Assembly (NCBI GenBank): GCA_964345805.1
Contig: CAYFSK010000002.1
Coordinates: 9,606 to 73,605, forward strand
Direction: 5' to 3'
Length of the DNA: 64,000 bases
Source of the DNA: an uncultured Mycoplasma sp.
Lineage (GTDB): Bacteria; Bacillota_I; Bacilli_A; RF39; UBA660
Part shown: piece after piece, positions 39,809 to 51,036 of the stretch
Layout: every line of letters starts with the position of its first letter
How positions within the stretch are numbered: position 1 is the first letter of the stretch
Made by a program: the position numbers and the translations under genes
The notes under the pieces: generated by a model
Told to the model about the DNA's origin: nothing
Databases searched by the model: none
Seen by the model: only the letters and a program-made list of their open reading frames with translations

Positions 39809-41196
39809 TATTTTACCTCGTAAATAGTTCCTTCTCTTGTATCTTTTAGAATAATTCCTTTTTCTAAAAGATCATCTCTAATTTTATCAGCTAAAGCAAA
39901 ATCTTTATTTTTCTTAGCTTCATTTCTTTTTTCAATCATTTCTTTTATATATTCTTCGTTTTCTATTTTTATATTATCTTCTTTTAATAAATCAAGTGAA
40001 AATACTTCATCAAAACTTTTAACTAAATTATACTTAGTTTCTTCATCTACATCACTTTTTAATAAATCATAAAGAAGAGTTAATGCATTTGCTGTATCAG
40101 TGTCACTTGAAATAATACTTTTAAATTTATCATTCCATTTATTAAAATCTTCCTTATTATAATTATCACTTTTAGGTAAACTTTTAGTTTTTGAAAGTAA
40201 TTTTTGATAAGCATTTTGAGCAACATCAAGTGATTCATAACTAAACATTAATTGCTTACGATAATGACTTTGAAGACACATATATCTAAAACTTAAAGGA
40301 TTATAACCTTTTTCTTCTAAAACTGATAAAGTTAAAACCTCTCCTTTAGATTTACTCATTTTACCTGATTTATCGCATAAATATTCATTATGAATCCAAT
40401 AATTACACCATTTATGTCCTAAATAACTTTCTGATTGAGCTATTTCATTAGTATGGTGTGGAAAGATTAAATCTACTCCCCCACTATGAATATCAAGATG
40501 CTCTCCTAAAGTTAAAAGTGATATTACAGAACACTCTATATGCCAACCTGGATATCCATATCCCCATGGAGAATGCCATTTTAATTCTTGATCATCAAAT
40601 TTAGATTTAGTAAACCATAAAACAAAATCACTTTTATTTTTCTTATTTAAATCTTCCTCTACATCAGCTCTTACAGCAACTTCATTTTCTTCATGACTAT
40701 GATTAGATAAAACATAATAATCTTTTAATTTAGAGGTATCAAAATAAACATTTCCACCAGCAAAATAAGCATAGCCATCATTAACTAGTTTTTCGGTAAA
40801 TTTAATATAATCATCTATCATGCTTGTTGCTGGAACAATAATTTCAGGTTTTTTATTATTAACTTTAGCAAAATCTTCAAAAAAACGCTCGGTATAATAA
40901 GAAGCTATATCAAGAACTGTTTTGTTTTCTTTCTTAGCACTTCTTACCATCTTATCATCACCAGTATCAGCATCACTACTTAAATGACCTACATCAGTAA
41001 TATTCATACATCTTTTGACATTATATCCTAAATATTCAAGTGTCTTTTGAACTAAATCAGCTTGAATATAATTCCTTAAATTTCCTATATGAGCATAACT
41101 ATATACTGTTGGTCCACATGTATAAAAAGTTACTTTATCATCATAATAAGGTTTAAATTCTTCTACCTTTCTTGATAATGTGTTATATAATTTCAT
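39808..41196 (-). CDS. cysS: cysteine--tRNA ligase
   Basis: HIGN and KMSKS class I motifs (HIGNLRNY, KMSKSKG). Confidence 0.95.
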   Translation of the reverse strand: MKLYNTLSRKVEEFKPYYDDKVTFYTCGPTVYSYAHIGNLRNYIQADLVQKTLEYLGYNVKRCMNITDVGHLSSDADTGDDKMVRSAKKENKTVLDIASYYTERFFEDFAKVNNKKPEIIVPATSMIDDYIKFTEKLVNDGYAYFAGGNVYFDTSKLKDYYVLSNHSHEENEVAVRADVEEDLNKKNKSDFVLWFTKSKFDDQELKWHSPWGYGYPGWHIECSVISLLTLGEHLDIHSGGVDLIFPHHTNEIAQSESYLGHKWCNYWIHNEYLCDKSGKMSKSKGEVLTLSVLEEKGYNPLSFRYMCLQSHYRKQLMFSYESLDVAQNAYQKLLSKTKSLPKSDNYNKEDFNKWNDKFKSIISSDTDTANALTLLYDLLKSDVDEETKYNLVKSFDEVFSLDLLKEDNIKIENEEYIKEMIEKRNEAKKNKDFALADKIRDDLLEKGIILKDTREGTIYEVK

Positions 41197-41202
41197 TTTT
41201 CC

Positions 41203-42624
41203 CTACTTTCTTAAATTTTCGATTGTTTTATCTTTCCCAAGAAGGTAAATACAAGCATCAAGTTCAGGTCCATGCATATATCCACTTGCCTTTATTCTAA
41301 GAGGCATGTATAAAAGTTTTCCTTTCACATTTAAATTGTTTTTAACATTTTCAATTGCAATGTTGATGTTATCGGTATTCCAATCATTTATCTTTTCTAT
41401 TTCACTAGCAAACATACTTATTACTTTATCAATAACCTCATCACTTTTTAAAAATTCTTTACATTCATCTGATAAATTATATTCATCACTAAAGAAATTT
41501 TTAACAACTTCATTAATTTGTTCACCATAACTAATATGTCCTTTATAAGTAAGAAGCAATTTATTAAGCCATTCTTTAGTTTTACCAGTAGTATCCAAAG
41601 TTAAGAAATCTTTAATCCATTTTAAATACTTCTCATCATCCATTTCCTTTATATAATGAGAATTAAACCATTCTAACTTTTTAATATCATAACAACCAGG
41701 TGATGATGATATTCTTGTTATATCAAAATCTTTTTCAAGTTCTTTTAAAGTAAAAAACTCTTTATTTTCTTTTGGAGACCATCCAATTAAAGCTAAATAA
41801 TTAACTATTGCTTCAGGTAAAAAACCTCTTGAAATAAGATCCATTAAATTATCATCTTTATTTCTCTTACTAATCTTAGTACCATCAGCTTTAATAACAA
41901 GTGGCAAGTGAATATATATTGGACTTTCCCAGCCAAATGATTTATATAAAAGTAAATACTTTGGAGTACTTGATAAATATTCATTTCCTCTATTAACATG
42001 AGTTATCTTCATTAAATGATCATCTATAACATTGGCAAAATTATAAGTTGGAAAACCATCAGACTTAATTAAGATTTGATCTTCTAAAGTAGAGTTCTTA
42101 AGAGTTATTGCTCCATATACAGTATCAACATATGATGTCATTCCTTCTTTAGGCATCTTTTGTCTAATAACATATTTTTCACCATTTGCAATCCTTTTTC
42201 TAGCTTCTTCTAAAGGAATAGATGCACAGTGTCCATCATACATAAAAGGAACTTTTCTTGCAGTTGAGATTTCTCTTAATTTTTCTAATCTTTCCTCATC
42301 ACAAAAACAATAATATGCATCTTTTTTTTCAATCAATTTTTCAGCATATTTCTTATATATATCAAGTCTTTGACTTTGATAATATGGTCCATACTCACCA
42401 CCGTATCCAACTCCTTCATCTGGAATTAAGCCTACAGTTTTTAAGCAATTTTGAATAAATTCAACAGCACCCTCGACTTTACGCTCCTGGTCAGTATCCT
42501 CGATTCTTAAAATAAAATCGCCATCCATACTTTTAGCAGTTAAATATGTAAATAAAGCACTTCTTAAATTACCTATATGCATATAACCAGTAGGTGATGG
42601 AGCAAACCTTGTTCTTGCTTTCAT
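41203..42624 (-). CDS. gltX: glutamate--tRNA ligase
   Basis: The internal ATG at 42624 gives MKARTRFAPSPTGYMHIGNLRSALF with the HIGN motif, and KISKR is present. Confidence 0.93.
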   Translation of the reverse strand: MKARTRFAPSPTGYMHIGNLRSALFTYLTAKSMDGDFILRIEDTDQERKVEGAVEFIQNCLKTVGLIPDEGVGYGGEYGPYYQSQRLDIYKKYAEKLIEKKDAYYCFCDEERLEKLREISTARKVPFMYDGHCASIPLEEARKRIANGEKYVIRQKMPKEGMTSYVDTVYGAITLKNSTLEDQILIKSDGFPTYNFANVIDDHLMKITHVNRGNEYLSSTPKYLLLYKSFGWESPIYIHLPLVIKADGTKISKRNKDDNLMDLISRGFLPEAIVNYLALIGWSPKENKEFFTLKELEKDFDITRISSSPGCYDIKKLEWFNSHYIKEMDDEKYLKWIKDFLTLDTTGKTKEWLNKLLLTYKGHISYGEQINEVVKNFFSDEYNLSDECKEFLKSDEVIDKVISMFASEIEKINDWNTDNINIAIENVKNNLNVKGKLLYMPLRIKASGYMHGPELDACIYLLGKDKTIENLRK

Positions 42625-42673
42625 AATATTCCGCCTTTCATAAAAGTATTTTATCACAAAATACAAAACAAAT

Positions 42674-42701
42674 AAATACTAGAACTTTCATTCTAGTATT
42701 T
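42674..42701 (-). terminator. intrinsic terminator after the hybrid kinase-like gene
   Basis: An 11-bp stem AAATACTAGAA-ctttca-TTCTAGTATTT overlapping the stop, then a T-rich tract. Confidence 0.6.
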
Positions 42702-44495
42702 ACTAATTACTTTATTTAAATCTTCTTCAAAATTAGATGGTAAAATATAATTATCAAAACCTTCTTTTAGATAATGATTGGCAAGATTTTCTTTATTCTT
42801 ATCAAGGATAATTATAACTGGTGTTTTAAAACCTTCTATTTGATTTAATTTTCTTAAGATATTAATACCATTTATACCTTTTAATTCATCACCAACTATT
42901 ATATAGTCATATTCTCTTCCTGATTTTATTTTATCTATTAAGGCATCACCACTTAATAAATATGATGTTGTAATATTGTTTTCTTTTAATTTTAATTTAA
43001 GTATTTCTTCAATGCTCTTATCTTGATTTACTACAATAACATTTTTTGTAGTTTTGTTTAAATTTTCATAGATACTTATTTTTTCATCTACTTTTTCTAA
43101 TGCTATTTTTTGGTCAATTATTAATGATACTTCTGTTCCCTTATTTTCATCAGATCTTATCATCATATTTCCACCCATTAATTTTACTACTTTACCACAT
43201 AGTTTTAAATTTATTTCATTTTGTTCTAAATCTTTGACATCTTGAACATCAAGATTTCCTGTTATTGTTAATATTTCATTTATCTTATCAATTGGTATTC
43301 CATCCGATGAATCTCTTATTGTTATTATTAATCTTATTGCATCGTATCTTTCAATTGTATCAATATTAAACTCAATAAAGCCACTTTTAGTATTTTTAAC
43401 ACTATTTTGAAGTATTGATGTTATTACTTGTTTTAATTTTATACTATCTCCATAAAGAAGTGGTATTTCATAAGGTTTTTTACTTGTAAATTTAACAGTT
43501 CTTGGAAGGATAGCATTTACTCTTGATACTACTTCTTCATATAATCTTGATAAGTCATATTTATTATCAATAAATTTTATTGTTTGACTTGATAAACTAC
43601 TTATATCAAGAACATCATTTAAAACAAAATCTAATTGTTTAGTATATGTTCTAATTCTTCCTAAACCTTCTTTTAATTTATTCATATTCTCTTCATCTTT
43701 TAATTCATTACATAAGTTAGTAATATTTAAAAGTGGTTGTTTTACTTCTTGAGTTGCGGCAAATAAGAAGTTTGATTTATCATCATATGTTTGTTCCATT
43801 ATATTCTTATTTTTATATAGTTCTCCAAGTAGCTTCATATCAGGATTTTCAATTGTAAAATACATTAAGAACGTTGTAAACGCCGTTGAAAAAGAGTTTA
43901 ATAATATCCCTGGATTAATAACTCTAAAAATCATAACAATTCCCATACATAGCATTAAGGCAATTACAGGAATTATTTTCTTTTTAGGAATGTGTTTTAA
44001 ATAGATTATTATAGCTATAAATAATACAATAAAAACGGTAAAGTCTACTGCAAACATAACATTTATTGCAAGACCAGATGCATATGCATATTTTCCATCA
44101 TCAACAAGATGAACGGGTAATAATAAGATAAGCAAACAAACAGCTGCAACAAAGATAGTAAATGCTCTGCTTAATTTCTTTTTTAATGTATTGTTTAGTT
44201 TAGCATAAAAGAATATTACTGAAAGTAAATAATATGCAAACATCATATACCAAAGAAAAAGAGCTACCAAGAATGGTTTAGTTAGAAATGTGTTAAAGAA
44301 CAAATATAAGTCTGGTTTTAAAAGAACGTTTAAACAAAGCAAAAACTCGAATAATAAATTAACTAAACTTAATATTGTTAGATACTTATATATTACGTTT
44401 TCAGAGCTGACTACTTTTTCTTTTGGTAAATAAACAAAAGTAATAACCGAAGTAAAAAGAGCTGCTATTACTATTATTGCAATACTAATTAACAT
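42693..44495 (-). CDS. membrane hybrid sensor kinase-like protein with degenerate H-box (His to Gln) and degenerate receiver
   Basis: About 6 N-terminal TMs. The DHp H-box reads ATQEVKQPL, with Gln where the phospho-His should be. The HATPase N, G1 and G2 boxes are intact. The C-terminal REC-like domain lacks the acidic DD pair. Confidence 0.6.
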   Translation of the reverse strand: MLISIAIIVIAALFTSVITFVYLPKEKVVSSENVIYKYLTILSLVNLLFEFLLCLNVLLKPDLYLFFNTFLTKPFLVALFLWYMMFAYYLLSVIFFYAKLNNTLKKKLSRAFTIFVAAVCLLILLLPVHLVDDGKYAYASGLAINVMFAVDFTVFIVLFIAIIIYLKHIPKKKIIPVIALMLCMGIVMIFRVINPGILLNSFSTAFTTFLMYFTIENPDMKLLGELYKNKNIMEQTYDDKSNFLFAATQEVKQPLLNITNLCNELKDEENMNKLKEGLGRIRTYTKQLDFVLNDVLDISSLSSQTIKFIDNKYDLSRLYEEVVSRVNAILPRTVKFTSKKPYEIPLLYGDSIKLKQVITSILQNSVKNTKSGFIEFNIDTIERYDAIRLIITIRDSSDGIPIDKINEILTITGNLDVQDVKDLEQNEINLKLCGKVVKLMGGNMMIRSDENKGTEVSLIIDQKIALEKVDEKISIYENLNKTTKNVIVVNQDKSIEEILKLKLKENNITTSYLLSGDALIDKIKSGREYDYIIVGDELKGINGINILRKLNQIEGFKTPVIIILDKNKENLANHYLKEGFDNYILPSNFEEDLNKVISKY

Positions 44496-44528
44496 ATACC
44501 ATCACCTAGTATAATTTTATACCATAAT

Positions 44529-44556
44529 TAAAAAAAAGTCTATATTAAGACTTTTT
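44529..44556 (-). terminator. intrinsic terminator after the AMP-binding enzyme gene
   Basis: AAAAAGTC-tatattaa-GACTTTTT, then 8 T on the minus strand. Confidence 0.45.
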
Positions 44557-44571
44557 AATAAATAAATTTAA

Positions 44572-46347
44572 TTATTTTTTAACCCTTTGAACTGTTGGTT
44601 CATTGGCTAACTTTTCAAGTAAAGGATAATCTATTTTTGATACTTTATTAACCGGTAATTCTTCAACAAAGATTATGTCGCTAGGAACTTGGTATAATTT
44701 AAGTTCTTTTTCAATTGAATTACCATTCCTTTGAACAGTGATCTTTTGCTTACATTTTGCTAAAATTTGTTCTTTTAATTCATCAGATGCATCATATCCT
44801 TTTTCTAACACTACATATAGAATACCAACATTACCTCTATCTATATCTTTACGAGGAACTAAAGCACATTGAAATACTTCAGCAAGTGAAGCAACAAAAC
44901 TTTCTGTAACAACCGTATCACATTTTTGATATATTCCATCTTCATCAAGTGTTACAAAAGCTCTTTCAGCTTTTCCATACATTTCAACATATCCATCTTC
45001 ACGAATTAATCCGTTAGTATTACTATTAAACATACGTCTACCATGTTTATCTATAAAGAAGTGTTTCTCTGTATTTACTGGATCTTTATAATATCCTTTA
45101 GAAAGATTCTTTCCAGATATAGCAAGAACGCCACCTTTCTCACCATATTTTAATTCTTCGTGAGTTACTGGATCAATTGTTGTAAGAATTATACCTGGTA
45201 AAGTTATTCCAACTGTATCTGGTTCATATCTTTGATTAGCAGATACTGTTGCTATTATCGATTCTCCGAAACCAGAACCATCACTTGGGTCTATATTAGC
45301 TCCGTGGGAACGGAAGAAATCTCCTGTTTCAAATTTATCAGCAACAGGAAATGGTGCTCCACCAGAAACTGCCATTTTTAAAAAACTCAAATCCATTTTA
45401 TCTACTTCTTTATTTCTACGAAGCGCATAATAAAATGCTGGAGTAGCAAATATATTTGTTGGTTTTCTTTTCATATATTCACTTAAATTTCTAGAATTGA
45501 TATCAGTGGCAATTAAAATTGATTTTCTAGCCATCATTGACATTATTGTTGATGTAATAAGCCCATATGAATGGTCAAATGATACTGTTACCATACTTTT
45601 TCCATTATTTTTTACTGGTATACGAGTTCCAGCACTCATAGATAAACTTGCAGCAATAATTTCTGCATTTGTATGAATAGGAATTTTAGGTTCTCCAGTT
45701 GTACCACTTGTATTTAAATATAAAGCTTCATTTTCACCTTTAGAGCTTCTAACTACTTTGCCCCTATAATAATCAGCTAAACAAACAAAATCATTATAAG
45801 TCATCGCAGCATTATAACCAATATGTTCACTAATAAATTCTTTATTATAAAGAATTGTTCTATTATCAACAGGAAGATTTATTATTGCCTCTAGGCTAGG
45901 ACATTCTTTCTTTAAATATTCGATAGCTTCTTTGCTAAGATTATATCCTATAAAAACTTTTGCTTCAAAAAGATTAATTCTTTTTGATATTTCAATTTGA
46001 TTACATTTTGGATTGATGAAAGTAACTCCTGTACCCATGCTATTAGCTGCAAAAAATGCTGCCAACGGTTGAATTAGATTAGGAGTACAAATAACTACTT
46101 TATCTTCCTTTTTAACTCCAAGCTCACTAAGTGATCTAGAAAGTACATCAGCATGCTTAAAAAACTCATTTATTTTAACAGTTAATTCAAGAGTTTCAAT
46201 TGTTCCTTTCGTATTAAATAAGTTCATCATTTTAACTGTATTATATAAACTATTGTTAGTTATTTTATCATGTATTCTAGGATAGTTTCCTATATAAAAC
46301 TTACCTTTTTCATGATTTTTATCTATTGACGGATATCCCGTTTTCAT
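44572..46347 (-). CDS. AMP-binding enzyme (acyl/aryl-CoA synthetase superfamily)
   Basis: AMP-binding P-loop LNTSGTTGEPK. 591 aa. Confidence 0.7.
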   Translation of the reverse strand: MKTGYPSIDKNHEKGKFYIGNYPRIHDKITNNSLYNTVKMMNLFNTKGTIETLELTVKINEFFKHADVLSRSLSELGVKKEDKVVICTPNLIQPLAAFFAANSMGTGVTFINPKCNQIEISKRINLFEAKVFIGYNLSKEAIEYLKKECPSLEAIINLPVDNRTILYNKEFISEHIGYNAAMTYNDFVCLADYYRGKVVRSSKGENEALYLNTSGTTGEPKIPIHTNAEIIAASLSMSAGTRIPVKNNGKSMVTVSFDHSYGLITSTIMSMMARKSILIATDINSRNLSEYMKRKPTNIFATPAFYYALRRNKEVDKMDLSFLKMAVSGGAPFPVADKFETGDFFRSHGANIDPSDGSGFGESIIATVSANQRYEPDTVGITLPGIILTTIDPVTHEELKYGEKGGVLAISGKNLSKGYYKDPVNTEKHFFIDKHGRRMFNSNTNGLIREDGYVEMYGKAERAFVTLDEDGIYQKCDTVVTESFVASLAEVFQCALVPRKDIDRGNVGILYVVLEKGYDASDELKEQILAKCKQKITVQRNGNSIEKELKLYQVPSDIIFVEELPVNKVSKIDYPLLEKLANEPTVQRVKK

Positions 46348-46400
46348 ATTAATCCCCCTTTAAGAATTGCTTTGTATATTATCATAATGTCCCTTTAATG

Positions 46401-47288
46401 TCAAATGTTTTTATCAATATCAGAAACAGCTATTGCACCATCTGCTGCAGCGGTTATAAGTTGATAAACTCCTTTTTGAATACAATCACCAATTGCATAA
46501 ACATTATCATATTTTGTTTTAAGTACTTCATCAGCAATGATATTACCTTCTATATTTGTTATATCAATGTCTTTAAATATTTCTGTATCTGGCCTATAAC
46601 CAACATATATAAAGATACCTTTAATATTAATTTCTTCATCATTTGATAAAAGAACACTTGATATTTTACCATCTGTTTCATTAATTTTTTTAACATTTAC
46701 ACCAGAAATAACTTTAATATTTGGTGTATCTTTTACTTTAGCAACAAGTTCATCCTCACCCTTAAATTCAACCCCACGCTGAAGAAGATAAACAGTTTTA
46801 GCTATTTTAGATAAATATAGGCTTTCTGATAAAGCTGAATTACCACTACCAACAACAGCTACATCTTCATTATTATATAGAGCCCCATCACAAGTTGCAC
46901 ATGTACTAACTCCTCTTCCTAAATAATCTTTTTCATTATCAAGTCCTAAGTATTTAGGAACTCTTCCAGTTGCTATAATAATATTTTTACAAGTATATTC
47001 ACCATTAGATGTATATACTTTTTTAATTTCTTCTTCTACTTCAATTTTAGTAACAGCTTCCATTTTAAATTCTACTTTAAGTTCATTTATTTGATTAAAA
47101 AGTTTCATTGCTAAATCTGGCCCCGATATTTCTTCATAACCAGGATAATTTTTTATTTTATCTGTTTTTTGTAGTTGTCCTCCAGGAATATTTTTCTCAA
47201 ATATTAAAACATTATGCCCTGCTCTTTTAGCATAAATACCTGCAGTTATACCCGCAATCCCCATTCCTATAATAATTACATCATACAT
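46401..47288 (-). CDS. trxB: thioredoxin reductase
   Basis: FAD GxGxxG, redox-active CATCDG and NADPH GxGxxA motifs. Confidence 0.9.
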   Translation of the reverse strand: MYDVIIIGMGIAGITAGIYAKRAGHNVLIFEKNIPGGQLQKTDKIKNYPGYEEISGPDLAMKLFNQINELKVEFKMEAVTKIEVEEEIKKVYTSNGEYTCKNIIIATGRVPKYLGLDNEKDYLGRGVSTCATCDGALYNNEDVAVVGSGNSALSESLYLSKIAKTVYLLQRGVEFKGEDELVAKVKDTPNIKVISGVNVKKINETDGKISSVLLSNDEEINIKGIFIYVGYRPDTEIFKDIDITNIEGNIIADEVLKTKYDNVYAIGDCIQKGVYQLITAAADGAIAVSDIDKNI

Positions 47289-47300
47289 ATTTTTTCCTCC

Positions 47301-48113
47301 TTAAAATCTAATATCTTTTTTCTCAACACCCAAATATAAATCTTCAAACCTACTTTTTCTTGATACAATCATTACTATGACAATACCTATTAAGAAAAAG
47401 ACAATTGATACAATTTGAGCTACTTTAAATCCACCTATTTTTAAAGCATCAGTTCGCATATTTTCTATAAAAAATCTTGCTACACCATAAATAATTAAAT
47501 AAATAGCAGCTGGAATACCAATCTTAGTATATTTAAACCTTCTTACAATAAGAATTATAATAAAAGCTATTAAACATATTATTGATTCATAATAAAATGT
47601 TGGTTCATAATAAATACCAGAAATATTCATTCCTTCAATAACAAATTTTGGTATATAAAGACTTTGCAAATGAGCAAGAGATGTTGGCGCTCCATGGGCT
47701 TCTCCATTAAAGAAATTACCCCATCTTCCTATTGCTTGAGCAAAAAGAAGTGCTGGAACATATATATCTAAAATTCTAAGAACTTTAACATCATATTTTT
47801 TGCAATAAACAAGTGTAGTTATAAAGCCAGCAATTATACCTCCATGAATAGCAAGACCACCTTCCCAAATTTTAAATATTGAAAAGAAATCTCCTTTATA
47901 TAAATTATAGTTAAATAAGACATAATATACTCTAGCGCCAATAAAACCTGTTATAATAGTCCAAAAAAATGCGTTAAAAATAAAGTCTTGTCTAATATTA
48001 AGTTTTTTTGCTTCACGAGATATCATAATATATCCAACAATAACTCCAATTAAAATAAATAAAGAGTACCATCTTAAGCCAAAATTACCAATTTGAAAAA
48101 CATATGGATTCAT
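47301..48113 (-). CDS. lgt: prolipoprotein diacylglyceryl transferase
   Basis: Lgt signature GRWGNFFNGE. Multi-TM. Confidence 0.9.
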   Translation of the reverse strand: MNPYVFQIGNFGLRWYSLFILIGVIVGYIMISREAKKLNIRQDFIFNAFFWTIITGFIGARVYYVLFNYNLYKGDFFSIFKIWEGGLAIHGGIIAGFITTLVYCKKYDVKVLRILDIYVPALLFAQAIGRWGNFFNGEAHGAPTSLAHLQSLYIPKFVIEGMNISGIYYEPTFYYESIICLIAFIIILIVRRFKYTKIGIPAAIYLIIYGVARFFIENMRTDALKIGGFKVAQIVSIVFFLIGIVIVMIVSRKSRFEDLYLGVEKKDIRF

Positions 48114-48165
48114 TTTATCATCCTTTCTTTTCTATTATATCATTTAATAAAAAATATTTGTATCT

Positions 48166-50967
48166 TTATTTAAGCACTTTACTTAAATAAACACCTGTAT
48201 ATGATTTTTTTATTTTAGCTACCTCTTCAGGAGAGCCTGTTGCAATAACTTCTCCTCCTAAATTTCCACCTTCAGGGCCAAGATCGATAATATAATCAGC
48301 AGTTTTAATAACATCAAGATTATGTTCAATAACAATTACAGTATCACCATTATCAACTATTCTATTTAATATTAAAAGAAGCTTTTTTATATCGTGAGTA
48401 TGAAGACCTGTTGTTGGTTCATCTAAAATAAATATGCTTTTCCCTGTAGGCTTTTTCTGAAGTTCTTTAGCAAGTTTAACTCTTCCTGCTTCTCCTCCAG
48501 ATAAAGTAACAGCGTTTTGACCAAGCTTTACATATGACAAACCTACATCATCCATTGTTTTTAATTTATGATTGATTTTAGGAATATTTTTAAAAAATTC
48601 TAGGGCTTCTGATACCCTCATATCAAGAACATCAGATATATTTTTTCCCTTATATTTAATTTCTAAAGTCTGTTTGTTATATCTTTTACCATTACAAACA
48701 TCACAAGGAACGTAAACATCTGGTAAAAAGTGCATTTCTATTTTTCTTACTCCATCCCCAAGACAAGCCTCACATCTTCCACCTTTAACATTAAAAGAAA
48801 ATTTACCCTTATCATAGCCTCTTATTTTTGCTTCTTTAGTATTAGTAAAAAGATCTCTTATATCATCAAATACACCAACATATGTTGAAGGATTACTTCT
48901 TGGTGTTCTTCCAATAGCATCTTGAGTAATCATAACAACTTTATCAATATTTTTATCTCCTTTTATATCTTTATATTTACCAGGAGTTACTTTTGATCTA
49001 TATATTTTACTTTGGAGAGTCTTATATAAAATCTCATTAATTAAACTTGACTTACCAGAACCAGATACCCCAGTTACAGCAATAAATTTACCTAGTGGAA
49101 ACTTAACATCTATTTTCTTTAAATTATTTTCTTCTGCCCCAATTATTTCTAAAAATTTACCATTTCCCTTTCTTCTTTTTTTAGGAATAGGGATTTCTAT
49201 AGCACCAGATAAATACTGACCAGTAATACTATCTTTACATTTCATTACTTCATCAGGTGATCCAGCACAAACAATATATCCCCCATCATCACCTGCTCCA
49301 GGGCCAATATCAACTAAATAATCACTTTGAATCATTGTATCACTATCATGTTCAACAACAATTAAGGTATTACCCAAATCACGCATTTCTTTTAAAGAAT
49401 CAATTAGTTTTTGATTATCTCTTTGATGAAGACCAATAGAAGGTTCATCAAGAACATAAAGAACACCAGATAGTTTACTTCCTATTTGAGTAGCAAGTCT
49501 TATTCTTTGAGCTTCTCCTCCGGATAAAGTTGATGCTTCCCTATTTAAACTTAGATAAGATAAACCAACATTAATAAGAAAGTTTAATCTAGAGATAATT
49601 TCTTTTAAAACAAGACCGCTAATTTCCTTTTCTTTATTAGTAAGTTTAAGTTTTTCTAAAAAATCTTTTAAATCATTTATATTCATACATGTTGCATCAT
49701 AAATGTTTTTCCTATTTATATAAACAGATAACACTCCTTCTTGAAGTCTTGTTCCTCCACATGCCTCACATGTGCTTTCTACCATATAAGAAGATAACCA
49801 CTCTCTTATCCATGATGCAGTTGTTTCAATATATCTTCTTTCTAAAGTATTAATAAATCCTTCATAATAATCACTTTTATATCTAACACTACCACTTTTA
49901 GATACATACTTAAAATCTATTTTTTCTTTAGTGCCATAAAAAATAATATCAAGTTTTTTTCTAGGAATATCTTTAATTGGTTTATCCATATCAATATCAT
50001 ATTTATTACAAACTTCTTTAAGTTCTGTCCAATAGATATTATTTGTACTACCAAGAGCAATAATTGCTCCCTTATTAATTGATCTTTCTTTATCAGGAAC
50101 TAGTAAATCTTCACTTATTTTAAGTTTAGTACCAATTCCTTTACATTCCTTGCAAGCTCCATATGGTGAGTTAAAAGAAAAAAGTCTTGGTTCAAGTTCA
50201 GGTAAAGAAAAATTACAAAAAGGACAAGCATATTTTTCACTCATTAATAATTCTTTTTCACCAATTATAATTAATACTTTTCCTTTAGCTAAATGACATG
50301 ATGCTTCAATATCTTCGAAAATTCTTGATCTTTCATCTTCACTTACGGTTAATTTATCTATTACAATTTCAATATTATGTTTAGTATTTTTATCAAGGTC
50401 TACCTCATCATTTATATTTATATATTCATTATCTATTCTTAATTTTGAATATCCCTCTTTTTTATAGTCATCTATTTCATCTTTATGAGTTCCTTTTTCA
50501 CCATGAATAACAGGTGATAAAATAGTTATTTTTTCTCCATTATAACTCATAACTTTATTAGTCATTTCTTCAATAGATTGAGAAGAAATCGGATTATTAT
50601 GAACTGGACAATAAGGAATACCAATTCTTGCATATAAAAGACGCAGATAATCATATATTTCTGTTATTGTTCCCACCGTAGAACGAGGGTTTTTATTTGT
50701 TGACTTTTGATCTATTGATATTGATGGAGAAAGTCCATCAATTGAATCAACATCTGGCTTTTGAGTATTACCAATAAACTGTCTTGCATAAGCAGATAAA
50801 CTTTCTACATATCTTCTTTGACCTTCAGCATAAATAGTATCAAATGCTAAACTTGATTTACCAGAACCAGATACTCCAGTCATAACAATAAATTTATTTT
50901 TAGGAAGCGTTATATCAATATTCTTTAAATTATTTTCTCTTGCTCCTTTTACTATTATTTTATCCAT
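48166..50967 (-). CDS. uvrA: excinuclease ABC subunit A
   Basis: Two ABC ATPase modules (GVSGSGKSSL twice, LSGGE) and zinc-finger cysteines. ATG at 50967 with AAGGAAA SD is preferred over the longer TTG ORF. Confidence 0.95.
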   Translation of the reverse strand: MDKIIVKGARENNLKNIDITLPKNKFIVMTGVSGSGKSSLAFDTIYAEGQRRYVESLSAYARQFIGNTQKPDVDSIDGLSPSISIDQKSTNKNPRSTVGTITEIYDYLRLLYARIGIPYCPVHNNPISSQSIEEMTNKVMSYNGEKITILSPVIHGEKGTHKDEIDDYKKEGYSKLRIDNEYININDEVDLDKNTKHNIEIVIDKLTVSEDERSRIFEDIEASCHLAKGKVLIIIGEKELLMSEKYACPFCNFSLPELEPRLFSFNSPYGACKECKGIGTKLKISEDLLVPDKERSINKGAIIALGSTNNIYWTELKEVCNKYDIDMDKPIKDIPRKKLDIIFYGTKEKIDFKYVSKSGSVRYKSDYYEGFINTLERRYIETTASWIREWLSSYMVESTCEACGGTRLQEGVLSVYINRKNIYDATCMNINDLKDFLEKLKLTNKEKEISGLVLKEIISRLNFLINVGLSYLSLNREASTLSGGEAQRIRLATQIGSKLSGVLYVLDEPSIGLHQRDNQKLIDSLKEMRDLGNTLIVVEHDSDTMIQSDYLVDIGPGAGDDGGYIVCAGSPDEVMKCKDSITGQYLSGAIEIPIPKKRRKGNGKFLEIIGAEENNLKKIDVKFPLGKFIAVTGVSGSGKSSLINEILYKTLQSKIYRSKVTPGKYKDIKGDKNIDKVVMITQDAIGRTPRSNPSTYVGVFDDIRDLFTNTKEAKIRGYDKGKFSFNVKGGRCEACLGDGVRKIEMHFLPDVYVPCDVCNGKRYNKQTLEIKYKGKNISDVLDMRVSEALEFFKNIPKINHKLKTMDDVGLSYVKLGQNAVTLSGGEAGRVKLAKELQKKPTGKSIFILDEPTTGLHTHDIKKLLLILNRIVDNGDTVIVIEHNLDVIKTADYIIDLGPEGGNLGGEVIATGSPEEVAKIKKSYTGVYLSKVLK

Positions 50968-51036
50968 ATTATTTTCCTTCGCCTCATTACTATAACATAA
51001 AATATTGCATAAAAAAAGATGCGATATAAGCACCTT

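Noticed and set aside
42625-42692. T-box leader upstream of gltX-cysS
   Set aside because: Only 68 nt separate gltX from the upstream terminator. This is too short for a T-box riboswitch, and no T-box sequence (AATTAGGGTGGTACCGCG-like) is present.
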